DNA of 6,967 bases, taken from positions 26,935-33,901 of the forward strand of contig CAYRPF010000033.1 of NCBI GenBank assembly GCA_964426185.1, read 5' to 3'. Below, in pieces: positions 1 through 6,168 of this stretch (position 1 is its first letter; each line of letters starts with the position of its first letter). The translations under genes were made by a program, and so were the position numbers. Source of the stretch: an uncultured archaeon (lineage in GTDB: Archaea; Asgardarchaeota; Lokiarchaeia; Sigyniarchaeales; Promethearchaeaceae). The notes under the pieces were generated by a model. That model had not been told where the DNA came from. It saw only the letters and a list, made by a program, of their open reading frames with translations, and did no database searches.

Positions 1-768
1 CAAGCCTTCGGTAAAATAATTTATCCAGTTCATGCGTTTTTCATAGATGGCCTTTTAATAGATACTGGATCTCGCACTTCTCACAGACATATTAAGCCTT
101 ACTGGGAAAAATTTCCTATTAAAGCAATTATTAATACGCACTGGCATGAAGATCATATAGGAAATAATAATTATCTTCAAAATAAGTACCATTTCCCGAT
201 TTATGCCCATGAATTAGATATTCCCATGATTAAACAGCCCCGAAAACAAAAGTACTGGCTCTACGAACGCCTTACATGGGGAATTCCCAAGCCCTCAGAA
301 CCATCTCCACTTGATTTAGAATTTTCTACCGAAAATTATACTTTTCAAATAATTCACACCCCAGGGCACAGTCCAGGGCATATCTCTATTTATGAGCCAA
401 AAAATAGGATTCTTTTCTCCGGAGATCTCTTTTTCAGCACCCGAATCACCTATTTACGTACTTTGGAGAAATTTCAACAACAATTAGATGGGCTGAAGAA
501 AATTCAAAAGTTGGATTTTAACACCATGTTCTGTTCTTTTAGCGGGATTGTACGCTCTCCTAAAGAAAAAATTGCCAAAAAAATCGACTTTATGGAAACT
601 TTAAAGGAAAATACCTTAAAACTTCGAAATCAAGGCTTATCACCACGGGAGATCCAACATCAGCTGCTCGGAAGAGAAGATATAATGAGTTTCATTACTT
701 CGCATGATTTCTCGAAATTTCACGTGATCCAACGAATTTTGGAAGAAAATCCAGTATCTACCGGTTAA
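1..768 (+). CDS. MBL-fold metallo-hydrolase (glyoxalase II-like), 5'-truncated by the window edge
   Basis: Frame 1 is open from base 1 (QAFGKIIYPVHAFFIDGLLIDTG...), so the ORF-track start at 226 is an internal Met. Motifs: LLIDTG, THWHEDH (HxHxDH, 139-156), HTPGHSPGH and LFSGD. Stop TAA at 766-768. Confidence 0.93.
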   Translation, partial: QAFGKIIYPVHAFFIDGLLIDTGSRTSHRHIKPYWEKFPIKAIINTHWHEDHIGNNNYLQNKYHFPIYAHELDIPMIKQPRKQKYWLYERLTWGIPKPSEPSPLDLEFSTENYTFQIIHTPGHSPGHISIYEPKNRILFSGDLFFSTRITYLRTLEKFQQQLDGLKKIQKLDFNTMFCSFSGIVRSPKEKIAKKIDFMETLKENTLKLRNQGLSPREIQHQLLGREDIMSFITSHDFSKFHVIQRILEENPVSTG

Positions 769-776
769 TAATCCCC

Positions 777-800
777 TTTTTCTTCATTTTTTAATTTTTT
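777..800 (+). terminator. Oligo-T tract, putative archaeal-type terminator of the MBL gene
   Basis: TTTTTCTTCATTTTTTAATTTTTT starts 8 nt after the stop codon, with no GC-rich hairpin. Confidence 0.5.
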
Positions 801-1049
801 TGCTGATATAGAATCACTTTGTTGCTTTTCAGTAATTAATTTCATTATTACAGAATTCATATTATTCTATTTAAAAGAATTTCAAAATTAATTCTCTCAA
901 ATTAAGGGCGTGAAGATTTCAATTTCTCTCTTTCTTGACAATTTCATTTGTAAAGTAAGTGAAAATAATTAAATCTATTAAATTATTCAATATCGCGAAT
1001 TTTTAAAAATATTATCCCAAGAAAACAATATAAATCATTTCTCCTTAGT

Positions 1050-1064
1050 AAAAAAAAATATAAG
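1050..1064 (+). promoter_or_regulatory. Putative BRE/TATA-like promoter of the Gfo/Idh/MocA gene
   Basis: An A-run leads into ATATAAG (1058-1064), about 22-28 nt upstream of the GTG at 1086. GGAG at 1071-1074 could alternatively act as an SD. Confidence 0.4.
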
Positions 1065-1085
1065 CTTATCGGAGTTATAAGAATT

Positions 1086-2603
1086 GTGACTGAGAAAGCT
1101 GAACAAAAAATTCTGAGAGTTGGTGTTATCGGCCTGGGGGATATTTGGCAAAGCCATGCACAAGCATATCCAGACAACCTAAACGCCGTAGTGGTTGGAT
1201 TTTATGACCGAATTCGAGGACGAGCGGAAACTTGGAAAGATAAAATGATGCGTTACATGCATTTAGTGAGAAAAGCCGCTGAAGAAAAATTAGACCCAGA
1301 AGATGAAATTCACCTACAACGTTGCACAATTTTTGACAAAGAAGCAAAAGTATATGATTCTATTCAAGATATGTTAAACCACGTCGATGTTATTGATATT
1401 TGTGCCCCCAATCATGTTCATGCTTCATATGCTATTTGGGCTCTAAAAAAAGGAAAGTCTGTAATGAGCGAAAAGCCTGCGGGCCGATGCTCTTATGAAA
1501 CAGAACATCTATGCCGTGTGGCAGCATCTTCTACGGGATTTTACCAATTAAACGAAAATTTTCTGTGGTACTCATCTCTCAGGAAACTGAGGGAAATCGT
1601 AACCTCGAAAAAAATTGGAAAAATAAATAAAATTAATATTAGACTCGGTCATGGTCATCCATCATGGGGTTGGCAGAATCATTTTCTGAACCCTTCACTT
1701 TCAGGAGGAGGAGTACTTTCAGATATGGGAGTACATGCAATAGGGTTTGGATATGGGATTCTTGGACCAAATTATAAGGTACAATCAGTTCAAACCATTC
1801 GAATGAACGCAGGAACGACCAAAGAACGTACACTTCACCAATTCGACGGTGCAAATGAATACTATCTCTCTTCATTCATGGTTGAAGATGAAGCAAAAAT
1901 TAAAGTCATTTTCCGCCCTGACCCAATAAATAACTCTTTAATTGAGAAAACAGTGACAGATTCAAATGCATTTTCGGAAGCAGATTTAGCAAATGAATCG
2001 AAATCCCAGACAAACGAAATTACAAACCCCGAAGGAGAGATGCAACGGACAGAACTAGAAGCAAAAGCAAAAACGATTGCAAATGGAGAAAAAAAAGAAT
2101 TAAAAAAAATAGAAGAATTAGAAGAAATTTCGGTAATAATCGAGGTGTCTTGGGCAAAATCTTATCGAGATATCACCATTCACGGCAGTTTGGGCACCTG
2201 TGGGCTGGATCGAAATTCTAAAAAACAAGAAATAGTTGCAATATATTACGAGAACGGTCAACAAGAAGAAATTTCTATCTCTAACCAAGCTCGAGATTCC
2301 CACCAATTAGAAATCATTGATTTCTTAAACCGAATTCAAGCCAAGCGTCAATCTTTATTAGAACCAACTTGGGCTCATCGATTCCAAGAGATTATCAGCT
2401 GTGCTTATCTCTCACATTTACGGGGTTTTGAAATGAATTCTAAAAAGGGCATGATTGTGACATTGGATGATTTGCGAAAATATTATCGGGAGATAGAAAA
2501 CAGCGGAGTGCCTAAAGAAATGATAATTGAAGAAATTGTTTATGATTTTATGCGTCCATTTACCAGTTCGTACTATTCTGTAGAAGAACACTCGCCCCAA
2601 TAA
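1086..2603 (+). CDS. Gfo/Idh/MocA family NAD(P)-dependent oxidoreductase with large insertions (505 aa)
   Basis: Rossmann motif LRVGVIGLGDI, VDVIDICAPNHVHA, SEKP, and GGGVLSDMGVH (catalytic DxxxH). GTG start. Confidence 0.92.
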   Translation: MTEKAEQKILRVGVIGLGDIWQSHAQAYPDNLNAVVVGFYDRIRGRAETWKDKMMRYMHLVRKAAEEKLDPEDEIHLQRCTIFDKEAKVYDSIQDMLNHVDVIDICAPNHVHASYAIWALKKGKSVMSEKPAGRCSYETEHLCRVAASSTGFYQLNENFLWYSSLRKLREIVTSKKIGKINKINIRLGHGHPSWGWQNHFLNPSLSGGGVLSDMGVHAIGFGYGILGPNYKVQSVQTIRMNAGTTKERTLHQFDGANEYYLSSFMVEDEAKIKVIFRPDPINNSLIEKTVTDSNAFSEADLANESKSQTNEITNPEGEMQRTELEAKAKTIANGEKKELKKIEELEEISVIIEVSWAKSYRDITIHGSLGTCGLDRNSKKQEIVAIYYENGQQEEISISNQARDSHQLEIIDFLNRIQAKRQSLLEPTWAHRFQEIISCAYLSHLRGFEMNSKKGMIVTLDDLRKYYREIENSGVPKEMIIEEIVYDFMRPFTSSYYSVEEHSPQ

Positions 2604-2655
2604 ATATTCTTGCAAAATCGTGTTGATTATTTGGAAAAATAGATACATAACTTTC

Positions 2656-2770
2656 CAAAAAGAAAACAAGAAGAAAATGGAGGAAGAGGGAAAATAGCAA
2701 ACCTCTCCCTCCTGGGGGGTTGGGGATTTATGTGATTGGTTATGAAGGATTGTTGGGATTATGAGATTTT
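2656..2770 (-). ncRNA. Candidate small non-coding RNA (about 110 nt): unstructured A/C-rich body, 3' hairpin, U tail
   Basis: Minus strand has ATATATAAAA (2798-2789) upstream, a G-free stretch (2787-2713), the 11-bp stem GGAGGGAGAGG/CCUCUUCCUCC (2712-2679), then AUUUUCUUCUUGUUUUCUUUUU. Ends are estimated. Confidence 0.45.
2657..2712 (-). terminator. GC-rich stem-loop followed by a U-rich tail on the minus strand
   Basis: Arms 2679-2689 and 2702-2712 with a 12-nt loop. The single A/C mismatch on + (2684/2707) is a G.U pair on -, and the U-tract follows the stem only on -. Confidence 0.6.
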
Positions 2771-3168
2771 TAAATTTTTATGTAATTCTTTTATATATTT
2801 TTAGGAGATCATTTCCATTTTGATGAACTACTTCAATATCTTGAATAAATTGGTGAACTTTCAGAATTTCAAAATATGAATAAAATGTTCCGAGAGAAGG
2901 CATAAATTTCGCAAAATCAATTTCGATGTTGGGCATGAGCGGACACCAATAATGTTTTAAATCTAAGTTACCTTACATGCGAACTGATTTATATCAATTA
3001 TATTGGAATCATTCTAAGAATTATTCTCTTTTTTTTGTAGTAGAAAAAATATTTTTGTAACTTCACCAGAAATACATCAAAATTGCTCCCCATAGCTTCA
3101 TAAAGTATGCTTTCTCAATGATAAACAATAGGCAGGTGAATTCCTCGACCTAATATTGGGGTAGAAAA

Positions 3169-4341
3169 ATGTCGGAAATAAAAAATGTTGTGGTGATCGG
3201 CGCGGGGCTCATGGGCTCTGGAATTGCCCAAGTCTCCATTCAAGCAGGATATCACGTCACATTAGTCGATATTAAGGAAGAATTTATCGAAAAAGGGCTT
3301 AAAGGTATTCTCAAAGGTCTTACCAGGTTAGAAGAAAAGGGAAAACTCAAAGAAGGAACTACAGCTCAAGTTTTGGTGAATTCCATTAAAAAAACCACAG
3401 ATATTGCTGAAGCCGTAAAAGATGCGAATATCGTTGTAGAAGCCGTGATAGAAAACTTAAAAATCAAGCAGGATGTCTTCCAAAAATGCGATGCCAACGC
3501 ACCTGCACATTGCCTACTAGCATCAAATACCTCATCAATGAGTATCACCAAAATCGCAGAAGCAACCAAACGACCGGAAAAATGTTTGGGGATTCATTTC
3601 TTTAATCCAGTGCCGTTGATGAAATTAGTTGAAGTCATCAAAGGTGAAAAAACCACAGATTCAACTTTGGAAGCGGCTAAAAAGTGGGCAGAAAGTTTAC
3701 CATGCAGAGGTTCCAGGTATGTGCCATATGTTTTGAAAGATCGACCAGGGTTTATTGCAAATAGAATGATCGCACCAGGTTTTATATTAATGAATTGGGC
3801 TTTCGAAGAAGCTGTCAAGAGAGGAATTTCTTGGGAAGCTTTAAATGCTGACACCTTAAAAGAAGGAATTCCAATGGGTTATTTAGAGTTAGGAGATTAT
3901 GTGGGCCACGATACCTATTTACACATCAATAATTACTATGCACAAACCCTTTCTGAAGATTTCAAACCTGGACCCTTTTATATGAAAATGGTAGAAGAGA
4001 AGAAGTTAGGTAGAAAAACTGGTATGGGATTCTTTGACTGGAGCCAAGGACGCCCAAAACTTTCCCTTGAACCAAAAGCAAATTTAGTTTCTGCAGAGTT
4101 ATTAGATGCAATTGAAGCGAATGAAGGATGTCGCTTATTGGAAGAAGGTGTGGTTAACCAATGGCATGTTATAGATGAGACTATGATGGCTGGCTTCAAT
4201 CGAGCAGGTGTAATGCATGAAGCTGTGGAAAAATACGAAAAATGGGCACAAATGTTGGAAGAAATTGCCGAAAAAATTAATAAACCCTATCTAAAACCTT
4301 GTGAAATGCTAAAAAGTGGAAAATTCGTTGATTTAAAATAA
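3169..4341 (+). CDS. 3-hydroxyacyl-CoA dehydrogenase (NAD-binding domain plus two C-terminal helical domains, archaeal type)
   Basis: VVVIGAGLMGSGIAQ, VVEAVIENLKIK, ASNTSS, GIHFFNPVPLMKLVEV (catalytic His/Glu), KDRPGFIANR and LGRKTGMGFFDW. SD-like GGGGT at 3158-3162. Confidence 0.96.
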   Translation: MSEIKNVVVIGAGLMGSGIAQVSIQAGYHVTLVDIKEEFIEKGLKGILKGLTRLEEKGKLKEGTTAQVLVNSIKKTTDIAEAVKDANIVVEAVIENLKIKQDVFQKCDANAPAHCLLASNTSSMSITKIAEATKRPEKCLGIHFFNPVPLMKLVEVIKGEKTTDSTLEAAKKWAESLPCRGSRYVPYVLKDRPGFIANRMIAPGFILMNWAFEEAVKRGISWEALNADTLKEGIPMGYLELGDYVGHDTYLHINNYYAQTLSEDFKPGPFYMKMVEEKKLGRKTGMGFFDWSQGRPKLSLEPKANLVSAELLDAIEANEGCRLLEEGVVNQWHVIDETMMAGFNRAGVMHEAVEKYEKWAQMLEEIAEKINKPYLKPCEMLKSGKFVDLK

Positions 4342-4370
4342 TTTTACAAGATAAGATGAACAGTACCAGA

Positions 4371-4406
4371 TTTTTTGGACTTTTTATTCTTTTTTCGTTT
4401 TTTCTT
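4371..4406 (+). terminator. Oligo-T tracts, putative terminator of the dehydrogenase gene
   Basis: TTTTTTGGACTTTTTATTCTTTTTTCGTTTTTTCTT lies 30-65 nt after the stop. A minus-strand T-tract (plus A-run 4464-4470) lies just past the stop of the convergent PAS gene. Confidence 0.5.
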
Positions 4407-4482
4407 ATAATATCCTTTGTTAAATGGACTAAGTAACATTCTAAAATAATTAATTTTCAAAGGAAAAAAAGTTTTTTGAAAT

Positions 4483-4932
4483 CTATTTGATATTCAATAG
4501 CTTTAACTGCTTTTCCAACTGTTGAATCTGATCGAATAACTCAAATTCATGACTTTTCTGCTTGGTGATATCTACGATATAACCCTCAATATATTCCAAT
4601 TCTTGTGTCTCCTTCGAATAAATCCCATATCCTTCATCCATAACCCATTTCTCCGTTCCTCCAGCGGTCCGAATCATGTAAATCAAATGATAAGCTATTT
4701 TATTATCTATCGCGAATTGAACTTGATTTCTAACAATATCTCTATGGTCTGGATGAATAATATCAGTATAACTAACTTTGGAATCATAAAAATCTGAGGG
4801 TTTATAACCTGTTAAACAAAAACATCCTTCACTTACAAATAATTTAGACCAGTTTTCATCATTCTGGCTCCGATAAATCATTAATGGGAGATTATTAAGC
4901 ATTTTCAATATTTCGGAATGTTCCAAACCCAT
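4483..4932 (-). CDS. Stand-alone PAS/PAC (PAS_3-like) domain protein with a C-terminal helix
   Basis: NLPLMIYR...FVSEGCFCLTGYKPSDF, IIHPDHR, PAC-type YMIRTAGGTEKWV..G...IEGYIVDITKQK, then a coiled-coil-like tail. No output domain. Confidence 0.9.
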   Translation of the reverse strand: MGLEHSEILKMLNNLPLMIYRSQNDENWSKLFVSEGCFCLTGYKPSDFYDSKVSYTDIIHPDHRDIVRNQVQFAIDNKIAYHLIYMIRTAGGTEKWVMDEGYGIYSKETQELEYIEGYIVDITKQKSHEFELFDQIQQLEKQLKLLNIK

Positions 4933-4968
4933 AATTATAAAAGCTCATCGATAAATAAATGATCTTCG

Positions 4969-5037
4969 AAAATGTATCCAAGTTAACTTCTTTTACTGAT
5001 TTTACCTAAAATGTATCCAAGTTAACTTTTTTTACTG
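4969..5037. repeat. 30-bp tandem direct repeat (period 39), each copy holding the palindrome AAGTTAACTT
   Basis: AAAATGTATCCAAGTTAACTTCTTTTACTG (4969-4998) and AAAATGTATCCAAGTTAACTTTTTTTACTG (5008-5037) are 29/30 identical with a 9-nt spacer. Confidence 0.95.
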
Positions 5038-6080
5038 TATCTGCATTTCAATTGCCCACAAGCTGCTTGAATATCGTCACCTAATGTACGCCTAATGCTG
5101 GTAGGAATATGTGAATTTTCTAATATGTGTTGAAAATTTAGAACTTCTCTCGAAGATGAGGGTTGGAATTTATCTTCTTGAGGTAATTCTGCGCTATTCA
5201 CAGGAATTAAATTGACATGGCACAACAAACCTGAAAGCAACCTTCCTAAGGCTTTAGCATGCAGAGGAGAATCATTAATACCCGCAATTAAAGAGTATTC
5301 AAAAGTGATACGCCGATTAGTCTTTTTCAAATAATATTTACATGCTTGAATGATTTCTGCCAGAGGGTATTTTCTATTAATTGGGACCAAACGATTCCGA
5401 AGTTCATCAGAAGGGGCATGTAAAGAAATAGCAAGAGTGATAGGTAGCTTGAAATCTGCCAATTCATATATTTTCGGAGCAATTCCACAAGTGGAAATGG
5501 TGATATGTCGGTAACCCAAATTCAATCCATTTGCATTATGAACAATATTAAGAAATTTGGTCAATTCGGAAAAATTATCCAAAGGTTCACCCGATCCCAT
5601 CAATACTACAGACCCTACCCGCTTTCCCACTTGTCTTTGGATTAATAACAGTTGTTGGATCATTTCTCCTGCAGTTAGATTGCGGAAAAAGCCATTTTTT
5701 CCAGAGGCACAGAAGGCGCAATGCATTTTGCATCCAACTTGTGTAGAAATGCAAGCAGAAATACCGTGATGATATTCCATCTTGACTACTTCAATAACTG
5801 CCCCGTCTTCAAGTTCCATCAAATATTTTGCAGTATGATCGGATGATTCTAAGGTTTGGATAATGATGGGATTATAAAAGGAAAAATTTCGAACCAATTC
5901 GGTTCGTAAAGATTTTGGAATATTTGTCATTTGCTCGAATGATTGAATATCGCGGTATAGCCATTGAAAAATTTGTTTGGCTCGATAGTTCGGTTGCTGC
6001 AAGATTTCAGTAATAAAATTTTTCAATTCAAGAAAAGTGTAAGAAAAAATATCCGGCAATCGGTGTAGTGAGTTGTTCAC
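5022..6080 (-). CDS. rlmN: 23S rRNA (adenine(2503)-C2)-methyltransferase RlmN, radical SAM
   Basis: YRAKQIFQWLY, ACISTQVGCKMHCAFCASG (resolving Cys plus CxxxCxxC), RNLTAGE, MGSGEPLDN, LAISLHA, RRITFEY, VNLIPVN and DIQAACGQL (methyl-accepting Cys). GTG start. Confidence 0.95.
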   Translation of the reverse strand: MNNSLHRLPDIFSYTFLELKNFITEILQQPNYRAKQIFQWLYRDIQSFEQMTNIPKSLRTELVRNFSFYNPIIIQTLESSDHTAKYLMELEDGAVIEVVKMEYHHGISACISTQVGCKMHCAFCASGKNGFFRNLTAGEMIQQLLLIQRQVGKRVGSVVLMGSGEPLDNFSELTKFLNIVHNANGLNLGYRHITISTCGIAPKIYELADFKLPITLAISLHAPSDELRNRLVPINRKYPLAEIIQACKYYLKKTNRRITFEYSLIAGINDSPLHAKALGRLLSGLLCHVNLIPVNSAELPQEDKFQPSSSREVLNFQHILENSHIPTSIRRTLGDDIQAACGQLKCRYSKKS

Positions 6081-6098
6081 AATGATACTAATTGTGAA
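6076..6098. promoter_or_regulatory. Perfect 8-bp inverted repeat overlapping the rlmN start codon
   Basis: TTCACAAT-GATACTA-ATTGTGAA. The function is inferred. Confidence 0.4.
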
Positions 6099-6129
6099 GA
6101 AATTTTGAATTTTCAGTATTTCTGGAGTA

Positions 6130-6146
6130 GAAAAGAATTATTTAAA
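6130..6146 (+). promoter_or_regulatory. Putative BRE plus TATA box for a leaderless metallophosphoesterase transcript
   Basis: GAAAAGAA-TTATTTAAA, with TTTAAA at -28..-23 from the ATG at 6169 and no SD before the ATG. Confidence 0.5.
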
Positions 6147-6168
6147 CCCAGCAAGAAATATATTAAAT

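Noticed and set aside
226-228. ORF-track start for the MBL gene
   Set aside because: The frame is open to base 1 and the HxHxDH motif lies upstream, so this Met is internal.
999-1010. Palindrome ATTTTTAAAAAT
   Set aside because: Low-complexity A/T palindrome expected by chance in this AT-rich spacer.
983-2669. Minus-strand ORFs 983-1177, 1126-1347, 1639-1875, 2118-2306 and 2418-2669
   Set aside because: They are short antisense shadows of the oxidoreductase gene with no recognisable motifs.
2679-2712. SECIS element
   Set aside because: No adjacent gene has an in-frame UGA and the stem lacks an AUGA/GA core.
2688-2757. G-quadruplex from the G-runs on the + strand
   Set aside because: The runs are unevenly spaced with long loops and compete with a stable Watson-Crick hairpin.
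2823-2879. 18-codon ORF MNYFNILNKLVNFQNFKI downstream of TTTATATA (2790-2797) and AGGAG (2803-2807)
   Set aside because: Too short to distinguish from chance, and the SD spacing is long. Ribosome profiling or conservation would be needed.
4969-5037. Mini-CRISPR interpretation of the 30-bp repeat
   Set aside because: Only two copies, a 9-nt spacer, overlap with a CDS end and no cas genes.
3366-5769. ORFs 3366-3569, 3594-3854, 3978-4199, 4549-4797 and 5557-5769
   Set aside because: They are antisense to well-supported genes and have no independent evidence.
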